Assembly: GCA_051362555.1 (NCBI GenBank)
Contig: CM120641.1
Span: 21,390,001-21,454,000, forward strand
Source: Lingula anatina
Lineage: Eukaryota > Animalia > Brachiopoda
DNA length: 64,000 bases
Direction of reading: 5' to 3'
Of the stretch, positions 17,001-62,656 are shown one piece after another. The translations under genes and the position numbers were made by a program. Under the pieces are notes generated by a model that was not told the DNA's origin, did not search any database, and saw only the letters and a list, made by a program, of their open reading frames with translations. How positions within the stretch are numbered: position 1 is the first letter of the stretch; each line of letters starts with the position of its first letter.

Positions 17001-19747
17001 TAGATTGATCCAGCTAGAACGATAGGATTATAGGAATGGTCCCTTTAACTAATGTTTTATCCCCTTGTCCTTCAATGTGAAATATACTGTGGAAGATATG
17101 GTATGTTGGAATTAAAAGGTGCTATGTAGTCTTTTGAATTCATAACCCCTCCCCCCAACATCATGACATGAATATCAATATCACTGACTCAAATTTCGTA
17201 CTTTGTTCTAGACAGAGCCTAGATCTATATAAATAGTAGTACTCAATGAAATCATACCAAATTTTCATGGAAAGTATGCCAAAAGAAAATAGTATTTGAA
17301 CTTTGAGACTTCCTTCCTATCCTCCCAAACGGTTGCCATTGTGAAGTTCAAATACTGTTTTCCATACATCATACATATACAGTATCCATAATGAAACTAT
17401 AATACACATTAAAAATGAAAAACATTTAAAGTACACTTTCTGCCAGTTGGTTTTGCTCAATTTTTTTTTTTTTTTTTGACCTTTGTTGTGAAATTTTACT
17501 GGACATGCCTTGAAAGTTTTGGCAAGTGCTGGCAACTTCATGATTTCTCCCCACTTGGGTGCACGTCCATTTATTAGAAAATCTTTCCCATCAGTGTTTT
17601 TACCCACACGGAACAGGTGAGAACCTATAAATGATGAATTCATAAGATGTTATAAACAATGTACAATAATTTTGCCATCAAAGATGCATTTATCAAGTGC
17701 AGGTAACTAATAAATAAAAGGACATGTCTATGCTACAAACTGCATTCATATTTGGCAAATATGTCTAAAATAATTCCTTGTCTTTTAATACTCTAATTTG
17801 TCACATTACCCTGACTTTCAGAGTATGATGTGAACCTATTACAATGGTAATGGAGAATGTATCCTGGCATGCACACTAGAATACAGAATGTGTAAAAATT
17901 TTAGTGTAAAAGATTGTATAGAAATTAAATTCAGTTTATCCCTCGTCACATACATCTTGTACCAGTTGACAAAATTAAGTTGTCAGTAATTAGAGGGAAA
18001 CTAGGGATTAGCAGAAAACATTAAATCTAAGAATACCTGCATCCCACATGACAGCAGCTACCTGGCTCACTGGAAATCCATTTTCTGCCATGTCAATGGC
18101 AGGGGTAAGAATTTGCTCCATGGAAAGCTGAAAGTGAAAAGGAATAGATGTAGATATACTTTTCTGCTAAACATATAGCACATACTTTTTCCTTCTTCTT
18201 GTTAAATCCTCAAACCAAGGTTACGGTACAGTGCATGCAATGTCTCTGAACTAAATATGTCATACTCATAGGACTGTGGAGGCAGAGCTGAAACAACTGG
18301 GAGAAAGCAGGGGAACCATTCAACTCCTAGCTCATGACAGAGAAGTGGAAAATCTTTGTTGGTGCTCAAGATGCCAGCCATCATAAAAGTAAATGAAGAA
18401 GAAGAACTGTCCTGAAGATATAAAGTGTATTATAAGGGTAATGACCTACTTTTTTACTCCCAAATCTTTCCACAGTGTCCACCCAGGCTGCAGCAGCACC
18501 AGGCACTGTGACACTATGTCCATGGTTTACAGGGATGGGATTGTCTTCATTAAAACCTTCTTGTTGAATATGTTCTGCAGTTAAAGTGCTCGGAGATCGA
18601 CCACTAAAATATAAGAAATAATTGTATTTGTAAGAATTTGAATTTGTATCATATTTTCTCTACAGGAACAGGCAATACTTATATACAGAAGCTTGAATAC
18701 ATTCAATATATTCCAAAACTAAAATGTTTAAAATGCAATAATTTGTACAATCATGTATTGATCACAGATACTACACGTAATTAAAAAAGAATTACAAAAA
18801 GCTTTCAATCACAATTAATTTCATCATGATAGGTAAGCTTAAAACAAAATCCACCATTCATTAATTATAGCATATACTGTAACCTTCAAAGTGACAAGTT
18901 AGTATCAATACCTTCCATTCAATCCAAGAACTTTTTTAGTCTGTGCATCATAATACAGACAAAATGCATCTCCTCCAATCCCTGTAGAAGTTGGTTGCGT
19001 CACATTCATTGCTGCAGCCACTGCTACGGCTGCATCTGCTGCATTTCCCCCAGCTTTTAGGATGTCTGCAACATCAAAGACAGCTGTCTTCAGGAGCAGA
19101 TCTAGGATTTTTAACCTACTAGAGGCCTAAAATTGGGAGGGGGGTGGGGAATCCAGGATAGAACAAAAAATGTTAAATATATAATTCCACTAAGCAATTT
19201 TGCAAAAAAATAACAATAATTAAGGATTTAAAGCTTTCGAGAGCATCCAGAGTTTCAAAGTCAACAACTGGAGTTTATTTTAATATACTATACAGTTACT
19301 AATCTGTTATAGAGAGCATATGCCGGGTGAGATAAGTAACCAGTGGTGCTCTATGAACCTTAAGTGGTTAACAAGTACAAGTAGAGAGGTACAGTGTACC
19401 ACCCCCTTTAGAGCTACTGGATGTGAGATGATATTGTTAGGAGATAAAGAATTCAATGTATCATTACTTACGATAGTATCATCTACAGTTATAATTTATT
19501 TGATTGAATAATTGTCCATTTTCAATCTTACTATTTCCACATGCATATAAACAAAATAGTTACTTTTTAAAACTACTTTGACATTGACCACGGTCCACGT
19601 GAATCTTATCGCATAAAAACCGAATTGTAAAAGTATAGTTATACCTATGCCGATCTGCCCTGCTAAGGGCTGGGCGCACACTACGCAGCCGTGGGTGCAG
19701 ACCACTGGGGATCGGCGGGAATCATGCTGGAGAGCGTCTTTTTCCAT
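14064..19747 (-). CDS. Gamma-glutamyltranspeptidase / glutathione hydrolase, YwrD-like proenzyme (~563 aa, 11 exons)
   Basis: Exons 19747-19645, 19065-18912, 18603-18450, 18127-18037, 17624-17509 (GC donor), 16664-16424, 16118-15947, 15856-15697, 15128-15020, 14722-14575 and 14307-14064 (TAA); 1692 nt in frame. Motifs [38 protein letters not shown], autocleavage D|TVYFSVVD (Thr codon 15810-15808), [14 protein letters not shown] and GTDPRADG. Confidence 0.93.
16843..16960. mobile_element. Short inverted-repeat (MITE-like) element in a GGT intron
   Basis: CAGCTTAATTGTCTGGCATACCCCCCTCGCAA ... TTGTGAGGGGGCATGCCAGACATTAAAGCTG; ~31-bp imperfect arms. Confidence 0.6.
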
Positions 19748-20061
19748 GTTAGAAATACCGGTGGCCTAAACGTAAAAAGTGCGATTAGGGCAAGAGGACC
19801 ATAACGAGGCTCACCTTATGACAGTGAGTTAGCAAGGAGCTGGAACTCCTTGGGGTTGATATTTACCCTGCTTATCAAAAATCGGCTGCCGGCAATATTG
19901 AGTAGCAGTAGTTGTAACTACGGTTTAAGTAAAACATGTTTATTAATTAAGGAGTAGTCATATTATATAATTAGTTAATAGCATGTTCTTGTACATGTAT
20001 AATTGTATTTGTATTTGTATTTGTCATTTTTATCTACCTAGGTTCATGTACACATGTAGAT

Positions 20062-20196
20062 CAGTGGCGGATTTAGAGGTGGGAGGGGGGGTCAAGTGGG
20101 TCCTGACCCCAACCGGGGGGGGGGGGGGGCGGCGGCTTCGCATCCGCGGACCCCCGCCCCCCCCCCCTTTCAAATAATCGTGGATCCGCCCCCCCT
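20062..20196. mobile_element. G/C-run MITE (CAGTGGCGGAT...ATCCGCC type)
   Basis: Terminal CAGTGGCGGATTTAG and GGATCCGCC inverted motifs enclose poly-G and poly-C runs. A related end fragment lies near 19090. Confidence 0.6.
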
Positions 20197-20470
20197 AGAT
20201 GCATACGTTACAACGAATAAAACATATTTAGGCCCTATTAAGTTATTAAAATATTTTCGATTCAAGTGTGTGTTAAAAGTGAGGTGTAACTCAGGGAGGC
20301 CAATCTATATTTTTTCATTAGAGCCACTGCTTTTGTTTTGTCGCAGTCACGCTCGGCTCATACCTTGAGTGGTTAATCAACCGAGCTGGTCAAAATAATT
20401 TTAGGGTGCACATGCATATGGGTGGGTGGGGGGGGGGGGGGAGGGGGCAATTTTGTTTTATTTTAATTGT

Positions 20471-20712
20471 TTACCTCCGCCAAGGAGGTTATGTTTTCAC
20501 CCCTGTTTGTCTGTCTGTTTTTTTGTTTGTCTGTCATCAACATAACTCAAAAAGTTATGAACCGATTTTGGTGAAATTTTCAGGAACAGTCAGAAGTGGA
20601 CCAAGGAAGAGATGATTAGTTTTTGGTGGTAATCCGGATCAATAATCAATCAATAATAATCAAAAATCGCTGTCTTGGCGGAGGTCTGCGCTCTCGGAGT
20701 GCTTTTCTAGTT
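20471..20712 (+). mobile_element. Helentron-associated non-autonomous element (HINE/DINE-1-like)
   Basis: Sub-terminal inverted repeats ACCTCCGCCAAG (20473) / CTTGGCGGAGGT (20674-20685), a (TGTY)n tract, a 3' hairpin GCGCTCTCGGAGTGC followed by CTAGTT, and a T-rich insertion site. Confidence 0.75.
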
Positions 20713-21459
20713 TGTTGTTGTTGTTATGGTAGTAGCATTTAGAATAGCATTCTTAAGTCGTTTTCTGTGTTTTTAAGCCCATTTACCAGGTTGATTAACC
20801 AATCAAGGTTTCAGCTGAGGGTGGTCGCTATTGTTCCGTTTTTTTCCGGGATAGTTAACCTGATTGGGACCTTCCAACCTTGCCTCGAAAGTCTAGCAAT
20901 CTATTCTCTTGGGTGTGCTATAAGAAGAAGTTTTGAAACTGAGAGATGTTGGTAGATTTAAACACAATCGGGGTTTTGAACCATTTTACGAGCACTATGA
21001 TGTCGTTTGGCTACTGAAACTTGTTCCTCCTTGTAAATAAAACTTTGAAATTGTTAAGGTGAATATTAGATAACATTAGGTCCCTAAAGAATTGATTTTT
21101 TCAAGAATCGAGAAAATTTGATTTTACTAAAATGGTGTTTTTACTATTTATTTGTAGATAAGCTTACATACGTCGATATTTAGAATAAAAATTTGGGTCT
21201 GTGGTGAAATGAAGATTTTGCTAGATGTGAAAAAGTTCCAAACTGATTTTATAGATCTCCCTTACACCTGGACTTTCAGAATAAAGGAATTGACAGTACC
21301 ATAAATTGTGATTGAAAATTTGCCATTGTTAGGCTGCACTTTTGTATGAGTTTTATTGTCCTATTGTTGTGTCACTTTACTTAAAATTGTTGAAATACCC
21401 AAGTATATAGCGGAAACAAATGTTTTCCAGGATAAAACAATATTTGAAAATATTACGAA

Positions 21460-21800
21460 TTTTAGGACCAATGAATCTTCGGAGCACGGACAATAAAGCC
21501 TAGGTCCCAACTACGTTTTGGACGCACGGTTTTTAGGTTCCTTGCGTCCGGCTATATGACGTAGCTAGATCGCACGTAGCGGCTGTTGATCATGTAGAAA
21601 AGTTACTACCTGCTGTTTGCGTCCTCCAAAAGTCGCACGATGGACGTGCTCCTCAAGCACGAACTCCAATGTTTTTCCCTTTTTTTTTTTTTTTTGGCCG
21701 TAGACCACACGTAGCAGCCCGTATGTTCGGTTGGGACCTAGGTGGTGCTTGCATTGTGTCCGTCTTCGGACCAATGAACCTTTGGACTATCGAGACGCCC
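21460..21800. repeat. Fragments of a GGACCAATGAACCTTCGGAC-type DNA-transposon family
   Basis: Motif copies at ~21463 and ~21766-21800, the latter ending GAGACGCCC. This is the reverse complement of the left end of the element at 59859. Confidence 0.55.
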
Positions 21801-23479
21801 GTATAAAAATTAAAAATTACTTCAGCTGTTGCTCCCTCCTGAAAAATAACTGACTTGCAACGCCTTATTTCATACCAGTAGGATAATTTCTGCAAATAGT
21901 TTAAAATATGGAGAGAAAACAGACACTTTTATGAAAAAAGTGTTCACCCTAGGCTTTTGATTTTCCGTCTTTATTGCACCTCTGCATTTTTAAACGAATA
22001 TCTTGTGCCCGTTTTCTTTTAAAAATGTTGCTTAAATATGGTTCTTTTTAAAGGTGAATACAGTGATCATGGTGTTTTTATAATACCATTAATTGCTTAT
22101 TTTCCGTGGGTCCAGTCAGTGCTGTATCACCCGAATTTTTCTTACGTTTGGTAAGCTACAATTTTTATTGTTTCATGGACCAAAAACAGCGAGTGTAACT
22201 TCGGATGTATTACATTTCAGAGTAGGAGTTGATGCTGTTGTTTGTTTTTCAACTACATGTAGTAGACGCGCTTAACCGATCCTTTGCACGCCTTGTTTCT
22301 CGTCTATGGTTTTATTATCTTAAAATCATTCCAACGCTGAGCATACAACAAAAATCTTTAAAAAATCCCCTTCAGTAGTCTTCTACATACTGTATATATC
22401 AGAAATAGATTACAGCAATTTAGGAGATGATAATCCTTTCTTAATAATGCATAATCACCGGTCTCAGTGCTATGATAAAATATCTGTCACACTGCAATTT
22501 AAAATATGAGGTTCATAGTCATTTGTATCTAAATCGTGCGGTCGTTATTCTTGAAAATCATAAGTAGGTGATTATTAGATGGGGAGGGAGTGTCAAGGTG
22601 TTGGAGTAGGGGTACATACAGTCTGAGAATAAAAAAAACGGTAATAACAACTAAACCATTTCATTTTCTGTCAAATGTTGTTACAAGATAAATATCGTCA
22701 GTTATACCGGGTAAGGTTCTTGAAATAGGAACGTGGATTGGTTTGCTGGCGTCTTAATTTTTCATAAAAAATTGAATATTTTAATTTTATTTTATTTCTT
22801 TTTCAAATGTTGAGATTGATATACTGTTCAAAGATTTAATTTGGCCCGAACGAAAATACTAAAAATGCATGAAACTGCCCACTCAGAATAGAGAATACGC
22901 TTAGTGAAATAAATGATTCAATATATTGACCTTATTTTTTGCTGTTAATTTATTCATCCTTCTTTTGCTAAGGATCTTTTTCGATTGAAATCTACTATTT
23001 ACCAAAGGAATTCAATGATAATAAATATAAATAGATGAAAATGGAAATGGATAAGAAAACATTAGAAATGTCTGTGGCTCGCGTGCTCCCTAGTTAGTAT
23101 TGTGTCTCCTTCCTATAATGTTGACAAAATCCTTTGCACCCTGCTATAAATTTTGATGTTTCAACATCTATTTGTATTATCATAATTATCGATTTAATCA
23201 AAACATTGCCTAACATGATGCTTGGCATTGACGAGTTAATGTTTTGCAGCGCGTTATTGGTGTCTGCTCATGATTGTGTTTTTCACTACGTTCAGGTACA
23301 GTTTTTTCTGAGGCGTTGAATTAAGATTTCATCTAATTCTTGAGTAATCAAGTAAGTCTTAGCACACTATCAGTAAACAAAACCACATACGCGAATTAAA
23401 ACATCCCCTTTGTACCGAAATTCCTAATAATATACGTGTTTGAGGGACATATTTCCTTTTACGGTAATATATTGCGGCT

Positions 23480-23706
23480 GCTGTTGTGGTTTATTTCGGA
23501 GACACCCACCTGTGTCCGGAAATAGTCGGAGAGTGCCGAATGCACTTCCGATATTTTCGTATTTATCACGTGACCGTTACTCTCCTGGCGGGGTGGTGTA
23601 CATTTCACACACGTTTTCGAAGGCTGTTTCCTTGCCAGCCTGGATTTTACCTTTCGAGAGCCCATAGCAGTATCGGTGTGACGCGGAACAGGAGCCGGGA
23701 GCCAAG
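23480..23706 (+). promoter_or_regulatory. CpG-rich promoter / 5' UTR of alpha-actinin
   Basis: Local CpG enrichment, ETS-type CACTTCCG 23543-23550, E-box TCACGTGA 23566-23573, and good Kozak context GCCAAGATGG at the start codon. Confidence 0.6.
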
Positions 23707-56974
<33,268 letters not shown>

Positions 56975-58152
56975 GCAGCAAAGGATTACATGTTTGATGC
57001 CTGCTTAAAAGTTATCATGGCACCCAGCTCCTTGGAAGCAACATCTGCACTGTTAAAGGGGGAAAGAACTACACATAACAGTTATAACAGTAAAGTTTTA
57101 TTAATGGATGAAAGGAAAAAATTGAAATAGAACTAGTAGTTCACCAGTCTCCTATTTGATGCCATATTATTATGCTTGTTAAATCTTTACCAATTATATG
57201 AACTGTGTTAGATCTAGGTGTGGGGTGTAGGTAGTGAATGATGACACCACAGCTTGTTTGTAGATCTATCTTCTGTCAGATCCTGACAACTTTGTGTTGA
57301 TTCATTTGGTCGTGAACCCTCTACTGTCAGATACAGGGGGTTGTCTGACAGTTAGAGGGCAAAGTGATCAAGTATTTGTGTATCTTTTGTATGTATATTT
57401 CCACTGTACGCGATTAAAAAAAGCTTGAGATATGTCTTATGTATATGGCTGTACATGTCTCCTTTTGTATGATGCTGCACTTTGCACTTGTAAATGTGAA
57501 ACACTTACTGATCATAAACTATCTCTATAGAAAGCAACACATTTACCCAAAGTACATGTTGGGGTGTTTTAGTGTATGTATAAGGGCTATAATGAAATTG
57601 AATGCAAATTATTAAAACTATGCTGGGTTGGGGTGCATTGTAGAAGCTTAAGAACTTGAGTTCAAAAGTTAAGAAGACTGAGCAGTAGCTGTAGGAGACC
57701 TTTTATTTAATGACTGACTAACATACTGAAGTGATTGGAGAACATGAAAACCTACATTGTAGATCAGCTGTGAGATTTAAATGAGGATCAGAGGAATGGC
57801 TTGAGGTCTCCCTTCATGATTAGCATGAGGGATATTTATCTGCTTAAACACCATTTTATACTTATTATAATGAATAGTACTTTGTAAAAAAATGCTCAAG
57901 TAATGAAATATATATATATGAATAAAAAATGGGGCTTCTAGAGTAGCAGACTACGAGTTGAGGTGTGTATTATTCAGCAGACTTTTCACAACTAATCCGA
58001 TGTAAGCTCTCTTTAGCAGAATATTTTGAACATCAGACAGATCAGAAGTGGGCACAGCATCTGCTTAAGAGAGCTTGCACCACTATTTTGAGAGTTGTCT
58101 ATTAAGGCTATTTCTCTATTTTGAGAATACTGTAATGACCCTTCTGAATGGG

Positions 58153-58158
58153 AATAAA
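58153..58158 (+). terminator. Probable polyadenylation signal of alpha-actinin
   Basis: AATAAA followed about 20 nt later by a GU/U-rich tract (GTTTGGTTTTGTTTGTTTTTT). An upstream alternative AATAAA lies at 57921. Confidence 0.6.
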
Positions 58159-59858
58159 TGAAACAACACTTATCCATGTTTGGTTTTGTTTGTTTTTTAA
58201 TTTGGTTTTTAGTTTGAAAATGTGTTCAAAGAGAAGCAGGTCACATTTTTGTTTTATTTTGACAATGTACTTTGCAGAAGATACTTTTCACTGTGGCATA
58301 GACACATCACCACTTGCATAAATTGCTGAACACGATTATTAGCAGTTTGCATTCACAGAACATTACTGATGCACAAACCAATTATAGATTTTAACCTTCC
58401 AGTGATGGTTTAACTCTGCATACTGTAATAAGCAGGAATTTTCTTTTCTCACTGTGGTGATGAAAAGGGAGTAGTTCAAATTTGTTACTTAACAAGTTCC
58501 ATATAATTGCTTCTTCCAGCAATCCAGAATCCAATTAGACCTGAACAAAGCAGTGTAAAGCAACTGATAACACTTTATGACATGTCAAAGATTATTGTTA
58601 ACCGAAGTGTTATTAGTCTTTCCCCCCAGCGTTTGAAAATGTAAGATGTCGACCTTGAAAACATACTTGAATCCATCATCAAAGGCAGACTGTAATGAAA
58701 ATGAATGTAATTTGGGTCTGTTAGTTGTTTATTAGACAACAGTGACCCTTACTTCACAGTGGATCTTCTTGCGAATCTGTGTTACACTTTTAATACAAGT
58801 CAGTCATTACTTCCTTTTTTTCCTTGGGCAACTTGCAAAAGCTGAAACTTGCCCTTTCTTTACAGCCCTACTGATAGAGCAGTAACTCCAGTTGGTTGAC
58901 TTCAATGTAAAAACCAAATTTTACCAGACAGTTGTGAAATCTTGGGTCCTTTAATCAGTAGTAAAACTCACAAAAAAAAAAACTTTTAAAAATAAAATTT
59001 GGGCAGGTACAAATTTAATTTTGCAAATCTTCAATGGGTGTCAGACAAATGGTAGGAAATATGAACATGACATTGGGACAAACTACATCCTGGCAGAAAT
59101 TACAAATGGGAAGACAACACAAGCAAAGCATGTGTACTTTATTGACCTCCATGAACATCTTAAACTGGATGGGAGAGAGGGGTGGACTTAGTGATGAATT
59201 TTAAACACACATTAGGTACATAAACCACTTCTTGTTGAATTTATCTGAGGACAAGTAATACTTTTTGATCATATTTTAACAAATACCATAAATACATGTC
59301 ACAAAAAATTAATTGACTACCTCCTGATGATTCTCAGTAAAATTAAACAATCTGGACAGTTTAACATCTAGACAATCCAAAAGTCATTGTGAGAATTGAG
59401 TTGGAAGGGATGCCAGAATTTGAAAAAGCATTGGTTTAGCATGTGTTAAGGACTTTCTAATGTTCCCTGATTGTTATGGAGTCATAGCGAGTGTCAGGAA
59501 AGGAGGATTAAAGTTTGATTAGTTACATAGCAAAAATCTCTTTAGGTGATACATTGGGAACATATTTTCATCCTTGTCGTTGTGTTAAAACCCCCATTCC
59601 TCCCCCGCCCCCTCAAAAAAAAAAATAAATAAATTAAAAAATGTGAGAAAGTAGCAAGGGAATGAATATATAAACATTATCACAGTTTTTATATTTGCTT
59701 TCTTATTAAGACTGCTGAATAGCAACTGACAATATCATGTCTCTTAATAATGATTCCCATGTAATGATACATAGAGGGCGGCTGTTAAATCACCATAGTT
59801 TTCTAACAGCTCAGTGAGAAATATTTCACAGACAGATAATTTGATACTTTTTTCACAT

Positions 59859-59998
59859 GGGCGTCTCAATTATCTGAAGGTTCATTGGTTCTAAAAACCA
59901 TATGCACATGCCTCTGATGAACTTTACTTTATTGCTGGTACACTATATACTTTATTGAACATTCGAACCAATGAACGTTCGGACTAGTGCTATGACCC
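59859..59998. mobile_element. 140-bp MITE with GGG...CCC ends and AT flanks
   Basis: Imperfect inverted arms GAAGGTTCATTGGTTC / GAACCAATGAACGTTC, with AT on both sides. Same family as the fragment at 21766-21800. Confidence 0.6.
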
Positions 59999-62656
59999 AT
60001 TTTCACGATATGCAATTATTCAACATCTATGTAACTTGAGTAAAGCCAGCCTTTTTTTATTCTGTGTGCAACAATATTGGGGGAAGAACAATCAGGTACT
60101 AGAAAAAGACGAAATAAAATAAAAGTTATGCAGTATAAAAGAAAAAGGATGCACTTTTACACTGAAATTTACATATTGTATGTACGATTGTAATATGGGC
60201 CTTTTGATTTTACTCCACATGCACATTTTGGTGACTATTGATTATTAAAAATGATCAAACTTAAATTTCATAATTTGACAGCATCAGATTCCATTTGGAA
60301 AAGCTAGCAAAAAGAAAATGTCACTCAAACCCCATACATAGTGACCAATTTATGGTAAGAAGCCTGTGAAACAAGTAGAGCATATGTATGGCCTGATCTG
60401 GTTCATAAAAGGATAATTGAAGACGGCCTTTGTACTAATAAAGGAGACAACAGCCTGTAGATCAGACCATTGCCAGTGCATGACAAGCGTTGTAAACCAC
60501 AACAAATAGCAGACGGCAACACCTCATCAAAGAATGAAGATACTAACATGCATCCCGAGGTAAGTTTTGGTAAAGACAACAATATGCATTAGACCTGTAT
60601 GAAATAAAACTTCTCCTTAATCACCAAGGTATATTCTATCCAAACCTATCGAGATAGCAACCAAAACTATTGAGATAACAACCCATCAATCCGTTTTCAT
60701 GTTCTTAATTCACCCAATCCCAAGAGAGTGACCTGGAATTCAAAATTTGGTTTAAAATTAAAATTTTGTCAACAGTCTTGGATATTATGTGCCTAGGTGG
60801 TCCAAAGGAAAGTGTTGAAATTCATTGAAATTTATTGCTTTATTCAGGTCTAACGCCTACAATAGTATTTTAATGATAGATTTACTTTATGTTTATTGAT
60901 ATTGAATGGGAACCCGTTTGTATTTACAATTAATTAATAAGAACAAGAAAAGTGCAATGATCTTTAATTTTATCATTATTGCTATTACAAACATTACTGA
61001 CATGACAATATACATATAATGAAAGTTGGTTAAATCTCAAAAGTTTTTCTTATAAATGTTTTTAGGGCAACATTTGATGCTGAACACAAATCTGAAAACT
61101 ATTTATTTCTACATTAATTATTTAGGTTGGTAAATTGACATTTTTTAAAATGGTAGACAAAATGGCCTATACCTAGAGTTTCATCAACAACAATTGAAGG
61201 CACTATGGTGTGTCACATATGCCTTAGGGATTTTAGAATCCATTTCTAATGTAACTACCAGTACTGCAATGATTGTTGTAAAAAATAGTTGTCAGATGTG
61301 TGTTTGGCATCAATTTCTGCCATAGAAAACACTTCTTAATCAAAACATTTCAGCCTGTTTTTGAAATACACCTCGGTAAATTTAAAAAGACCAAACTCAT
61401 CAAAACTGAAGTTTTTGAGTCTGCAGCAAACAAGCTCTGTTAGATGTAAGTGATGGCAATATTCCCAGATCTGTGTACAAGAGGACCAAGACATAGATAA
61501 CAATTTATTCAACTAATGATAAAAAGTACAATTTACAATGCAGGTTATGGCAACATTGACAATGCATAAAAGGCTGCTAACAGACACGTCTTACCATTAA
61601 CCTTTGAAAAAATTTTATTCACATCTATAGACTTTTAAAAGTATAATACCAGTGAAAAGTTTTACATTTTTCAGTAAAAGTACTAATTCAAATAAAAAGT
61701 GAAACAAAATTGTACAAAAAAGAGACATATCTTTTAAGATATAAATGCAATAAAGGAAGGATCACAGAAGTTTCTCTAGCATAGCCTTGCCAAGTCCTAT
61801 ACCACAAACAGGAAAAAGGTACTAGCATTCTTTCCGTGTCCAATATATAAGCTACATATGTACCATGTCAAGATACTAGTACACTTTCTACATCCACATC
61901 CATTAATTATTTCTAATTCATTATTTATCAATCCATTTATATTTATTATACACAAATCTGATATTACCCATCCCTTTCATGAGCTACATTCACAGCTTTT
62001 AACTTGTTTGTTTTTTTAACAAATAGATATCACAGAAAAGGCAAACAGAACTTGGTGAGAATTAAGATAGCAAGTTGCTTGCAAGTATTTAAAAAAAAAA
62101 AAATAATAATAATAATAAAAACAAAAAAAATAAGGGAATAATTAAGAACTGAATAAAATACAGGGCATTGACATACTTATTAACTTTGTCATAGAAAAAA
62201 ATGTTACCAAATGATTTACAGCTAAAGACTTTATATACTTTATTATTATTAATTTTATTATTATTATTTTTGAAATGTATACCAATCCTCCCCTTCCTAT
62301 CCACTGCCTTCGCCTAACCCCAAATTTCTGGCAGTGACTAACCTCTATAGCTGGTCTTCCCTATATTGAAATCCTGGATCTCTTGAAAATTTAATAATTT
62401 GAAGTGCTTCAAAAAAGCATGTGGGTGCCATTAGTTAACATTCAGAATGCCAAGTATATGTGCTGCTCTATATATCAAGAATTTGTTCTGTCTCCAATTT
62501 TGGCATAAACATATCTTTAACTTTATCAATTTAAGGAAATATGCGGTTTTGCTGTGTCTTGTGTACCAGAAGTAAGAAATCCCAGACACGATCTCTAAAA
62601 CATCCTTTCTACAACAATGACTACATAAGAGAACAAGCATTCCCTTCAACAAACAC

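Noticed and set aside
17625-18036. Possible U12-type intron in GGT (donor GTATTCTT)
   Set aside because: One mismatch from GTATCCTT, and no TCCTTAAC-like branch site near the acceptor.
60461-60559. Stop-free 99-nt segment bounded by AG and GTAAGT
   Set aside because: No pyrimidine tract, no partner exons, no recognisable homology, and it lies beyond the actinin poly(A) signal.
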